Origin: an uncultured Gammaproteobacteria bacterium
Lineage (GTDB): Bacteria > Patescibacteriota > Patescibacteriia > UBA11705 > DATKZF01
Direction: 5' to 3'
Length of the DNA stretch: 64,000 nt
NCBI GenBank assembly: GCA_964411255.1
Contig: CAYPKD010000003.1
Coordinates: 92,439-156,438, forward strand
The position numbers and the translations under genes were made by a program. Below, piece after piece: positions 18,783-27,739 of the stretch. The notes under the pieces were generated by a model that did not search any database, was not told the origin of the DNA, and saw only the letters and a list, made by a program, of their open reading frames with translations. The first letter of the stretch is position 1. The number at the start of each line of letters is the position of its first letter.

Positions 18783-20231
18783 TTGTTTTTAATGTTATTT
18801 ATGACTTTGACAAACATTGGATATTATGATAAATTTGAAATCACAATCAAAGGAAAAAACCATATAGCAACATTAACCATAAAAAAATACTTAGTTAAGC
18901 TGTTTTTAGGGATTTGCGATAAATTAGCTGTTTTTGGTAAATATATGAAAAAAGGCTTGATATATATTTCAAGACCTTTTGTGCGCGCAGGCAAATTCAT
19001 ATTCAAGTTTGTAATATTATCATTTTACAAGCTTTATTTATTTTTAAAGAAAAGGCTTCAGGTTTTTTATTTACCAGCTAAAAGCCGGGTGTTTTCATTT
19101 TTTTCAAAAAAATATTTAATCCATTTTGCAATAATAATCATTTCTTTTTTGGTTGTGGTGAACAGTATTAGTGCCAAAGAAATACGGGATGAGGATTTTG
19201 GCGAGCAGACCATAATTTATGCCATGTATAATGAAAAAACTCTGGGCGCTATCGAGGAAGTGGTTGTTAAAGACAGCCAGACAAAGATCTTAAGCTATCT
19301 GGACAAATCAGCGGTTTCCAGCAAGCCAACAATAGTTCCTGACAATAAAACTGAAGATGTGACAGAAGATCAAATCGCTGATAGCCTGGCAGCTGTTACT
19401 CAAGGGGGCGCTACTTTGGTAAAGCCAAATATTACTGAAACCAAAATTGCCAAAAGACCAAGAGAAGAAATTATTTCTTACGCAGTTAAAGAAGGCGATA
19501 CTTTAAGCATGATTGCTGAACAATTTGGCGTTTCGACCACTACTATTTTGTGGGAGAATAATTTATCAGAGAACAGCACTATTAAACCTGGTGATACTTT
19601 AAGCATTTTGCCAATAACCGGTCTGACTCATACTGTAAAATCAGGCGATGCTCTTAGCAAGATTGCTACTCGTTATGATGTTGAGACAGATAAAATTATT
19701 GAATTTAATAAATTAGCTAATGCAGAAGATATTCAGGAAGATCAGATTTTAGTCGTTCCTGGAGGTACAATGCCGATTGCCATTGCAAAAAAGACGACTT
19801 ATACCCGAAGTAATGTTAGTATTGCTCCAATTAAAAATTTAGTTGCTCCGCCAGGTGCGCCAACCATCCCAAGCGGTAAAATGGTTTGGCCAACTAATGG
19901 TCACAGAATAACGCAATATTATAGTTGGCGGCATAAAGGTTTAGACATCGACGGTGATTATAGCTCTCCGCTTTATGCAGCAGAAGCTGGAACTGTGGTT
20001 AAGGCTGGCTGGGGTACTGGTTATGGTAATGTAATTTATATTAATCATGGAAACGGCGTACAGACGCGTTATGCTCACATGAGTAAGTTTTTTGTATCAA
20101 ACGGGCAGCGAGTCTCTAAGGGACAGACTTTGGGCATGATGGGATCAACTGGCTGGTCAACTGGTACTCATATTCACTTTGAGGTCAGAATTAATGGTAC
20201 GCCAATGAATCCGTTGAGTTATATTAGATAA
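18783..20231 (+). CDS. LysM + M23 peptidase (start uncertain)
   Basis: Two LysM repeats (VKEGDTL, VKSGDAL), HKGLD, YAHMS, STGTHIHFE. Confidence 0.92.
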   Translation: MFLMLFMTLTNIGYYDKFEITIKGKNHIATLTIKKYLVKLFLGICDKLAVFGKYMKKGLIYISRPFVRAGKFIFKFVILSFYKLYLFLKKRLQVFYLPAKSRVFSFFSKKYLIHFAIIIISFLVVVNSISAKEIRDEDFGEQTIIYAMYNEKTLGAIEEVVVKDSQTKILSYLDKSAVSSKPTIVPDNKTEDVTEDQIADSLAAVTQGGATLVKPNITETKIAKRPREEIISYAVKEGDTLSMIAEQFGVSTTTILWENNLSENSTIKPGDTLSILPITGLTHTVKSGDALSKIATRYDVETDKIIEFNKLANAEDIQEDQILVVPGGTMPIAIAKKTTYTRSNVSIAPIKNLVAPPGAPTIPSGKMVWPTNGHRITQYYSWRHKGLDIDGDYSSPLYAAEAGTVVKAGWGTGYGNVIYINHGNGVQTRYAHMSKFFVSNGQRVSKGQTLGMMGSTGWSTGTHIHFEVRINGTPMNPLSYIR

Positions 20232-20301
20232 AAAAAGTAAAAATTAAAAAGCTGGCAAAGTGCTGGTTTTTTTGATTCAATGAATTAAGGTTTATTGCTT
20301 A

Positions 20302-20330
20302 TTGACTTTTTGGATATTATATGATATAAT
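20302..20330 (+). promoter_or_regulatory. sigma70 promoter
   Basis: TTGACT-17-TATAAT. Confidence 0.75.
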
Positions 20331-20426
20331 AAAATACTAGTGAAAGTCGCTAGTATTTAATTAATTGCGTTGCGTCTAGACAGCTTAGTCCTGTCGCATG
20401 GACGCACAGACACAAGGAGGTTCGTC

Positions 20427-21146
20427 ATGACACGCCAAAAAGGAATGTGTCGCCCTGACGAATGGGAGCTCAAGCTCCGAAGGCAGTGTGACGAGTTGAT
20501 TCGTCGTTCAATGCGAGGCAGTGCAACATTTGGCTGGGAGGAAACTTCCGAGCGATTGCAGCGGTTGATTGCCCCACCTAGGAGGCCAACAGCTGAGGAA
20601 TTGTCCAAACTGGCTTCTCTGCGGCTTGCTCAGATGGATCGGTTCTTCAGTGAAATTCTGAAACTGGATATTGAAATTCCTGATCCGTCTGCTTCTGGTC
20701 GTCAGATCCGGCGGTACCAGCGTGAAGGCTGGGAACTTTTTTGCCGGCCAATTGACCATCTCAGTTTCATGAAGGCTCTTTGGGCTCGCTTCGAGAGCAT
20801 TAAACCCGGTTATGAGATGGAAGAACCGTTTTGTCATCGGATCAAGTGGGCTGATTTTACCAAACCATATTGGTTTTGGTATCGGACATTTGATCCGCAT
20901 GGGGATGCTGGACCAAAGCAGCTTCGCGAGATAGGCGGAAAGGAACGTGACCCACACTTGGAAGAGTACAAGATCGCCTATCATTACCAAGCCCTGAAAG
21001 GCAAGGAGATGCATTTGGCAAGCACAAACCTTTTGACATTTATTGCCATTGAGGGCGGATTCAATCGCATGGAAGCAACTGGCCACAGGATTTGTCAGCA
21101 TCCGCAGTCGATTGATTCTGAAAGAATTACCCAGCTGACTTCTTAG
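20427..21146 (+). CDS. Hypothetical protein, visibly higher GC than neighbours
   Basis: AAGGAGG then ATG 20427; own promoter; terminator CCCGCATTG..CAATGCGGG-T tract. Confidence 0.7.
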   Translation: MTRQKGMCRPDEWELKLRRQCDELIRRSMRGSATFGWEETSERLQRLIAPPRRPTAEELSKLASLRLAQMDRFFSEILKLDIEIPDPSASGRQIRRYQREGWELFCRPIDHLSFMKALWARFESIKPGYEMEEPFCHRIKWADFTKPYWFWYRTFDPHGDAGPKQLREIGGKERDPHLEEYKIAYHYQALKGKEMHLASTNLLTFIAIEGGFNRMEATGHRICQHPQSIDSERITQLTS

Positions 21147-21224
21147 ACTAATCTTTGCCCCGCATTGCATTACAATGCGGGTATTTTATTTTTAAAATTT
21201 AAAAACCACGGCCCTTATTTTACT

Positions 21225-21252
21225 AGATTCCCGATCGAGGTCAGGAATGACG
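21225..21252. repeat. Half copy of GTCATTCC/GGAATGAC palindromic repeat
   Basis: AGATTCCCGATCGAGGTCAGGAATGACG, similar to 58552-58578. Confidence 0.7.
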
Positions 21253-21309
21253 TAATGGGCAGCGGTCTTATAATAGTCGTTATAATCAATAGATTACATG
21301 ATCTATGAT

Positions 21310-22824
21310 TCAGGATTTAGGACGATACTGTAAAGCCTCAGCCACATGTTGAACATCAAGGTTGTATTTATGATCTAGGTCAGCAATGGTTCTGGCCAGT
21401 TTTAGAATTCTATGGTAGGAGCGGGGAGAAAGATGCATTTGTTTCACTGCTGATTTCATTATATCTAAACATTTATCATCCAGTTTACAAAATTCTTTAA
21501 TTTCCTGAGTACGCATTTCAGCATTAAAATTAATTGGCAAGTCTGAAAATCTTTTTCGTTGAATGTTTGCCGACTCAATTACCCGAGTTCTAATATTATT
21601 TGACAATTCTCCCCCATCTTCAGATTGAAGCTTTTCAAATTTAACTCTGGGAACTTCTAAATGAATATCAATGCGGTCAAGGATTGGGCCGGAAATCTTT
21701 TTTTGATATTGAATAATCTGTGCTGCTGAACAGGTGCATGGTTTTTCCGGATCATTATGATAGCCGCAGGGGCAGGGATTTTGGCTGGCAATCATCATAA
21801 ATCTTGCTGGATAGGCAATTGTGCCTTGCGCTCTGGAAATAGAGATTACCCCGTCTTCTAGGGGCTGCCGTAGGTTTTCCAAAACGCTTCTGGGAAACTC
21901 TGGCAGTTCATCTAAAAATAAGACACCGCGGTGGGCTAAAGAAATCTCTCCTGGCTTTGGAAACTTGCCACCGCCGACCAGGGCCACGCCTGAAGAAGTA
22001 TGATGGGGAGAGCGAAAAGGCCTTTTTGAAATTAATGGATTTTTTTCAGGTAAGATACCGGCAATTGAATACATTTTAGTTACTTCTAAAATTTCTTCAT
22101 TGGTCATTTGAGGCAAAATTGATGGCAATGTCTTTGCTAATAATGTTTTGCCAGAACCTGGTGGGCCGCTCATCAAGACATTATGCGCGCCTGAGGCAGC
22201 GATTTCCAATGCGCGTTTAGCATGTTCCTGACCTTTAACATAAGCCATATCAACATCAAAAGTTTCCTTTTCATCTAAATCATCCAATAAATTTTTGTCT
22301 AAAGGGTTGATTTGTTCAAGGCCAGTTAAATGCCTGAACAGTTGATCTAGATTTTGTACTGGATAAATTTCAATTTCAGTGATTAAGCTGGCTTCCTGGG
22401 CATTAATGGCTGGGATAAAAAGTTTTTTAAAATTATTTTCTTTGGCAAAAATAGCCACTGGCAAAATGCCGTTTGTATGGCGAAGTTGGCCGTCCAGAGC
22501 TAATTCTCCAACAAATAGACTGTCAGAGATGTCATCTGTGATTTGTTCTGATGCTTTTAAAATACTGACAGCCATTGGCATGTCATAGGACGGACCTTCT
22601 TTTTTAATATCAGCTGGCGCCAGATTAACAGTTACTTTATGTTTTGGGAATTCTATATCACTGTTTCGAAATGCTAAAAAAACTCTTTCGCGAGCTTCTT
22701 GGACAGCCATGTCTGGTAGGCCGACAATTTTAAATTTTCTCACCTGACTGGAAATGGCAGTTTCCACTTCTACCAGCTGGCAATCAAGGCCGAGCACAGC
22801 ACAGGAGTTTATTTTACTGTACAT
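21310..22824 (-). CDS. comM: YifB/ComM family Mg-chelatase-like AAA+ ATPase
   Basis: VGLPD.AV.E, VNLAPAD, GPPGSGKT, FRSPHH, GEISLAHRGVLFLDE; start MYSKINS. Confidence 0.93.
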   Translation of the reverse strand: MYSKINSCAVLGLDCQLVEVETAISSQVRKFKIVGLPDMAVQEARERVFLAFRNSDIEFPKHKVTVNLAPADIKKEGPSYDMPMAVSILKASEQITDDISDSLFVGELALDGQLRHTNGILPVAIFAKENNFKKLFIPAINAQEASLITEIEIYPVQNLDQLFRHLTGLEQINPLDKNLLDDLDEKETFDVDMAYVKGQEHAKRALEIAASGAHNVLMSGPPGSGKTLLAKTLPSILPQMTNEEILEVTKMYSIAGILPEKNPLISKRPFRSPHHTSSGVALVGGGKFPKPGEISLAHRGVLFLDELPEFPRSVLENLRQPLEDGVISISRAQGTIAYPARFMMIASQNPCPCGYHNDPEKPCTCSAAQIIQYQKKISGPILDRIDIHLEVPRVKFEKLQSEDGGELSNNIRTRVIESANIQRKRFSDLPINFNAEMRTQEIKEFCKLDDKCLDIMKSAVKQMHLSPRSYHRILKLARTIADLDHKYNLDVQHVAEALQYRPKS

Positions 22825-22962
22825 ATTTTGATAGTGCGACGAGCAAGACAAGTTTTCGGATGCTTGTGGCACTTGTCGCATCAGTCTTGCTGGTCGTACT
22901 GGTTATATCAATTTATCATTTACCAGTGAAATTAGCAAATAAAAAAAATCCTGATTATTGAA

Positions 22963-23508
22963 TCAGGAAGTCTCAGATTGTTCTATTTGTGCAAGCTCTG
23001 CTTGGACTGATAAATCGAGCTTAGTGAGGCAAATTGACTCCAGGCCTTGAGAAAGATTTTTGTAACCTGGCAGCTGAAGCTGTCCGTGTACAACTTCGCT
23101 GGCAAACAGATTTGCCAAAATTAAGGCTGATTGTCCGTAAATACAGCTGATGGGTTTTAAGGAGAATAAAAATGATTTTTCAATGTCAATTTCTTCTGAA
23201 AGAGCTTGTTTATTTTCATGCCAAACCCCAATAATCTTTTCATCAACTGTGCGGATGCAAATGCGAGCTGTTTTTCTTCTGTCAGGTTCTATTTTATAAT
23301 ACAGTTCACCTAAAATATCAAGAAACCCTGCTAGGGCTTTGAGAATTCCTACAATAAATAAACCCACATCCAATTCTTCATTTTCATCTACTCCTTCAAG
23401 AGGAATATCTTTATTATCGAGAATTTCCATCCATTTTCCAAACAGAATAGCGCCTTTTTTTCTGTATCGCTTTAAAAATCGCCAATAAAGGATAGTTTTG
23501 TTTGTCAT
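22963..23508 (-). CDS. Hypothetical protein
   Basis: AAAGGAGG SD, own TTGACA promoter. Confidence 0.65.
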   Translation of the reverse strand: MTNKTILYWRFLKRYRKKGAILFGKWMEILDNKDIPLEGVDENEELDVGLFIVGILKALAGFLDILGELYYKIEPDRRKTARICIRTVDEKIIGVWHENKQALSEEIDIEKSFLFSLKPISCIYGQSALILANLFASEVVHGQLQLPGYKNLSQGLESICLTKLDLSVQAELAQIEQSETS

Positions 23509-23611
23509 GTTAGCCTCCTTTGGGGTTCAAGACATTTTACCTTAGCAAAAAAAATGCGTTTTGTCAATATTAAAAAATCTCCGAAATGATCGGAGAATAT
23601 TATGAATTTAT

Positions 23612-23842
23612 TCATACAAATGAATCAGGATCTTGCCCGTTATCAATTAATTCCTGGCGGCTAACAAATATTGGATATAGACCAGTAGATGAAATATCTT
23701 TTCCATGTGAATCATATGCAATTTCTCCTTTTCTTTTTGTCTTCCACTTACTTTGGTTGAACCCAGATGGAGTAATATTGCACAAAAAGATTTCGCCTTC
23801 ACGTGTTTCAGGATGTTTTTTACGCTTGTCTGGCGATGACAT
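23612..23842 (-). CDS. Hypothetical small protein
   Basis: AAAGGAGG then ATG 23842 (MSSPDKRKKHPE...); TTGACA..TATAAT upstream. Confidence 0.65.
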   Translation of the reverse strand: MSSPDKRKKHPETREGEIFLCNITPSGFNQSKWKTKRKGEIAYDSHGKDISSTGLYPIFVSRQELIDNGQDPDSFV

Positions 23843-23903
23843 AGCCAACCTCCTTTGGTATGGGGATTGATTATTATATCATCAATAAATTTATTTGTCA
23901 ACA

Positions 23904-24587
23904 TTAAATGACTCCAGCTAAAATTAATATACCAAATACAAGCATTAGTAAACCAATTATTAAGCGCAGCCATGAACGGCTTTGTTTTCTCATCTCTTCT
24001 ATCTTTTTTGAAGAATAGCCATAGTAAACAACCAATAAAATTACAATTAAAGGCAGTACAAAGATTAAATTATATAAAAGAAGATATAAAATTCCAGTGG
24101 TATATGAAGTTTTAACTGCTAAAAGGCTTAAGATTGCAATATATACTCCACCAGTGCATGGCAGTTCAAAAGCTGAAACCAATAATCCTAGTATTATTGC
24201 AGCTGGAATGCTTGCCTTTTTTACATATTTTTCAATTGTTGGTTTTTTACTTTCAGGAATGCTTAAGCTCAGGCCCTGGCCATACCAGAAAAAGTCTTTT
24301 ATATTTAATAATCCTAAAATTATTAACAAAACGGCTGACAGTTTAAAAATTGTAAGCGTAATTGTTGAAGAAGCAACGCCTAAAGCAGCTAATATTCCAA
24401 GACCGGCTAAAAAGTAAGTTATATATACAATAGCAATATAGATCAGACCAATGATGAGCATTTTTTTAGGGCTTTTTAAGACACTTAAAAAGGTAATTAG
24501 AAAAACTAAAACAGCAATTGCGCATGGATTAATTGAATCAATTGCAGCAGCACTGATTACAGTTGTGATTGTTACTGAATCAAACAT
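23904..24587 (-). CDS. CcdA/DsbD-like transmembrane electron transporter
   Basis: DSINPCA and ELPCTG Cys motifs, ~6 TM. Confidence 0.85.
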   Translation of the reverse strand: MFDSVTITTVISAAAIDSINPCAIAVLVFLITFLSVLKSPKKMLIIGLIYIAIVYITYFLAGLGILAALGVASSTITLTIFKLSAVLLIILGLLNIKDFFWYGQGLSLSIPESKKPTIEKYVKKASIPAAIILGLLVSAFELPCTGGVYIAILSLLAVKTSYTTGILYLLLYNLIFVLPLIVILLVVYYGYSSKKIEEMRKQSRSWLRLIIGLLMLVFGILILAGVI

Positions 24588-24589
24588 TT

Positions 24590-25132
24590 TTATTTCTTTT
24601 TAATAAATTGAGTATAAATAAAGATAAGTATTGCAGCCACTATTATTCCTAAAATGATCAGCACTTTGGTATTTTTTTCTTTTTGTTCCTGTTTATCAAT
24701 AATCACCTGCTCTGCTGATGCGGCTTCAGCCTGCCGGTCAGCATAATTTTGAATTATTTCACTTGGCTTTGGACAAAAATTATCTCTGCAATTTAGAATT
24801 GCATTTTCAATTTGTTCCAGATCTGCACCAACAATATGTTCTTCACCGATAAAAGTTAAGGGCACGCCTTCTGCCTGAAAATTATAAGCACCCAGAGCGT
24901 TTATTAATAATTCAACATTTTTATCTTCAACAATATCAAATTTATGCACTTCTATTTCAGGATATTTTTCAGCCTTCCATTCCTCAAGTTGCTTTTCTAC
25001 CTTTGAGCAATGAGGACAGCCCTGCTGAACAAAGAAATAAATTTCAACTGAATCATTTTCTTCTGCTAAGACAGAAGTTGTTGGCATTATAAAAATAGCC
25101 AATAAGAGTAAAATAATAAATTTATATTTCAT
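24590..25132 (-). CDS. Exported glutaredoxin/thioredoxin-fold protein
   Basis: Signal peptide, CPHC, GVP, C-terminal TM; next to CcdA-like gene. Confidence 0.85.
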   Translation of the reverse strand: MKYKFIILLLLAIFIMPTTSVLAEENDSVEIYFFVQQGCPHCSKVEKQLEEWKAEKYPEIEVHKFDIVEDKNVELLINALGAYNFQAEGVPLTFIGEEHIVGADLEQIENAILNCRDNFCPKPSEIIQNYADRQAEAASAEQVIIDKQEQKEKNTKVLIILGIIVAAILIFIYTQFIKKK

Positions 25133-25133
25133 A

Positions 25134-26267
25134 TTATTTAAATTTTAATTGTTTAGATTTTTTAGACCTGGTTTCAAACCAGGCAGCAAACATAGCAGTC
25201 AGCGGTATCGCTCCGATTAAGCCGATGCTACCGGCAATTGACCGAATAATTTCTTCAGCCATAAATTCAAAATTGAATATTTTCAGATAGCTTTCTCCAA
25301 AACTGGAAAATAATAACAGCAAGCCAAGTGAAGCGCCAACATAGGCATATATAAGCGTATTGCTCATTGTGCCAATAATATCTTTTCCAATTCGCACGCC
25401 AGATTTAAATAATTCCTTTGAATTTAGTTTTGGATTAGCCTTTTTTATTTCATTGATCGAAGATGAAATGGACATAGCAACATCCATTACTGCGCCGATT
25501 GCGCCAATCATAATTGCTGAATAAAATAAGCCGTTAAAATTGAGATTTGGAAATTTTGCAAAGAGCGTTCTGGTTTCTTCATGGCCAAATCCGGTTAAAA
25601 TGGTCATTTTTCCGAAAATTAATGCCAAAATAACTGAGACAATAAGGCCGAAAATCGTTCCTAATATTGAGGATGCAGCCTTTTTATTCCAGCCACTGAT
25701 TAACAGAAATGTTATTACAGTAATAACACTGCAAAATATAATTGTCAAAAAAATCGGACTTGTTCCTTTTAATATTCCAGGAAGTAGGAATTTTAATATA
25801 AATAATATTCCTAAAAGTAAACTGATAACAGTTTTTAAACCCTGAAAGCCTCCAAAAATTATTAACAAGGCAAAAAATATTAAAATTATTACAATGATTT
25901 TTCCCAGTCGATAATAATCATGCACATAATGATTGATCGTTCCATCTGACATTTGTTCAACGTAAAGTACGATCTTGTCTCCTTGTTCTAAATCCATCGC
26001 ATATGGATTGTTTTCAATTGTGTTTGTTAAAGAAACGGTTTGATTTTTAAATTCACCGCTTAATATTTTTACTTTTAATTCCTGTAATACACTTTCATCT
26101 TCAAGTTGAACTTGATGAATAGCTAAAATTTCAGCTTTTTCATAATGAGATTCAGAAATTGTTTTTGGCTCAATATTTTCAGCTTCAGCAGTGATTTCCA
26201 TATCCTGTGCAAAAGCTGGCTGTGATGCAAGCAAAAATAAAAAAAATATAAATAAAAGTTTTTTCAT
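25134..26267 (-). CDS. YibE/F family membrane protein
   Basis: IGAVMDVAMSI, G.DIIGTM.NTL..AY.G, GSIGL..AIPLT. Confidence 0.9.
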   Translation of the reverse strand: MKKLLFIFFLFLLASQPAFAQDMEITAEAENIEPKTISESHYEKAEILAIHQVQLEDESVLQELKVKILSGEFKNQTVSLTNTIENNPYAMDLEQGDKIVLYVEQMSDGTINHYVHDYYRLGKIIVIILIFFALLIIFGGFQGLKTVISLLLGILFILKFLLPGILKGTSPIFLTIIFCSVITVITFLLISGWNKKAASSILGTIFGLIVSVILALIFGKMTILTGFGHEETRTLFAKFPNLNFNGLFYSAIMIGAIGAVMDVAMSISSSINEIKKANPKLNSKELFKSGVRIGKDIIGTMSNTLIYAYVGASLGLLLLFSSFGESYLKIFNFEFMAEEIIRSIAGSIGLIGAIPLTAMFAAWFETRSKKSKQLKFK

Positions 26268-26734
26268 ATTTTACCTTTGAAAGGTTCTTTTAAAAGTAAA
26301 ATAGCCACTCCGATTACAATCCAGACATCAGCTAGATTAAAAACTGCAAGTTGATAATCAAATATGTTAAGTGAAATAAAATCAATAACACCGTCATGAA
26401 TAATCCTGTCAAAAAGATTTGAAATGGCACCAACAATAATTATAAAATACGCTATAATCTGGATGCTATTATCTTTCTTTATTGCCCTATATAAAAGATA
26501 TATTAATATTATAATGATCAAAGCAACAATGGCAAAAATAATATATTGCGGCATAGATATGCTAAACGCCAGGTTTTGGTTTTTTATTAATTGCAAGGAA
26601 AAAACAAAATTATTTTGTTCAATTAAAAAAACACCTTCTTGCGGAATTTTTGTTAGTACTAGAAATTTTATTGTTTGATCAATGGCAAGTAATAAAATTG
26701 GAATTATATATGCCAAGATTTTTTTGCCAGGCAT
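26264..26734 (-). CDS. lspA: Lipoprotein signal peptidase II
   Basis: DQTIK, N..LAFS, GAISNLFDR, VIDF, FNLAD. Confidence 0.93.
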   Translation of the reverse strand: MPGKKILAYIIPILLLAIDQTIKFLVLTKIPQEGVFLIEQNNFVFSLQLIKNQNLAFSISMPQYIIFAIVALIIIILIYLLYRAIKKDNSIQIIAYFIIIVGAISNLFDRIIHDGVIDFISLNIFDYQLAVFNLADVWIVIGVAILLLKEPFKGKI

Positions 26735-26738
26735 TTTA

Positions 26739-27107
26739 TTAAAGAGATTTAAGTTTTGTTTTACAGGTGATGCAGGCACTTGATGTTGGGCGAGCTAACA
26801 ATCTGTCCCCATTTATTGGCTGCTTGCAATATTTACACGTGCCATAAATTCCTTTTTTTATTCTATCTAGAGCCTTATTAACATCACGTAATTCCTTTTC
26901 TAAAGTAGCTTCTAAAGTCAAATTCACATCAAAAGTAGCCACCTCATTCGTATTTTCCGTTTCATCATCACCATAATTTGGAAAATCAGACTTGTAATCA
27001 GATGGATCTTTTTTGCTTGGATGTGCAAATTTAGCTAATTCTTTTTCTAAATTAGCTTTTTCCTCGAGTAATTTTTCCTTTATTTGATTTTGTATGTCTT
27101 TTTTCAT
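26739..27107 (-). CDS. TraR/DksA C4 zinc-finger protein
   Basis: AL.RI..G.YGTCKYC...RL.ARP...CITC. Confidence 0.9.
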   Translation of the reverse strand: MKKDIQNQIKEKLLEEKANLEKELAKFAHPSKKDPSDYKSDFPNYGDDETENTNEVATFDVNLTLEATLEKELRDVNKALDRIKKGIYGTCKYCKQPINGDRLLARPTSSACITCKTKLKSL

Positions 27108-27169
27108 AAAGCCTTATTATATATAGTTTACCTATTAATGGTGTTTTTTGCAATATAGCACATTTTTTT

Positions 27170-27562
27170 TAAAAATACAAAGGGGCACTACTACGACCCA
27201 ATTGTTTAAAAGTGGCCTGTGTGCCCCTAGAAGTAAAGGAGATTACGCTACTTCCATTTCGATTTGGAGAATCGAGCTGGAAGACAAAGCGATTTCCTGA
27301 TTTTGCGCTCGACTCGCGATCCAGTCCCCGTTTCCTAGGTGTTGCCTTAGGCGCAAGGTCACCGTTCATTTTGTTTTTGTTTTTGTTTCATTACAGGAGT
27401 CCTGTCGAGGCGGGGCTCGCTGTATAAGAAAACAGGATGACTGGAGTTTTCCTAGGTTAGAAAAACTCAGTGAGGAAATATAGTTGTTTACTATAAAGAA
27501 CTGTAAAGAACAACAAATTTATTCAATGGTTTTCCTTTTGATAGATAGAATGTGATCTACCT
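27170..27562 (-). ncRNA. Candidate structured ncRNA, family unassigned
   Basis: GC-richer multi-stem intergenic island between a consensus promoter and a terminal GGGGCAC/GTGCCCC hairpin with T-rich tail. Confidence 0.55.
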
Positions 27563-27568
27563 ACTTAT

Positions 27569-27597
27569 ATTATATCAAGACCATTTTTTTGCGTCAA
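27569..27597 (-). promoter_or_regulatory. Consensus sigma70 promoter of candidate ncRNA
   Basis: TTGACG-17-TATAAT. Confidence 0.75.
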
Positions 27598-27689
27598 TGT
27601 CCAATTTTTATTTATTAAAAAAAATGGCTCATTTTAGCCAAATATATGCGCGATAATTACAAATTTAAATATAAAAATAATGAATTTTC

Positions 27690-27726
27690 TGTGGATAACC
27701 TATATAAAAGTGGGTACTTATCCACA
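27690..27726. promoter_or_regulatory. Inverted pair of perfect DnaA boxes
   Basis: TGTGGATAA (27690-27698) and TTATCCACA (27718-27726). Confidence 0.7.
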
Positions 27727-27739
27727 GCGAAAGTACACA

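Noticed and set aside
20508-21170. 220-aa antisense ORF (also 7125-7763, 41239-41808, 45241-45477)
   Set aside because: Shadow frames of genes that have promoter and SD on the other strand.
22833-22900. Hammerhead ribozyme (CTGATG...GAAA on minus strand)
   Set aside because: Core reads CTGATGC rather than CTGANGA, stem III cannot form properly, and the cleavage position would be G.
27170-27562. tmRNA, RNase P RNA or the 66/71-aa ORFs
   Set aside because: No tRNA-like ends or tag frame, no GAGGAAAGTC P4 motif; the ORFs lack SD and recognisable protein features.
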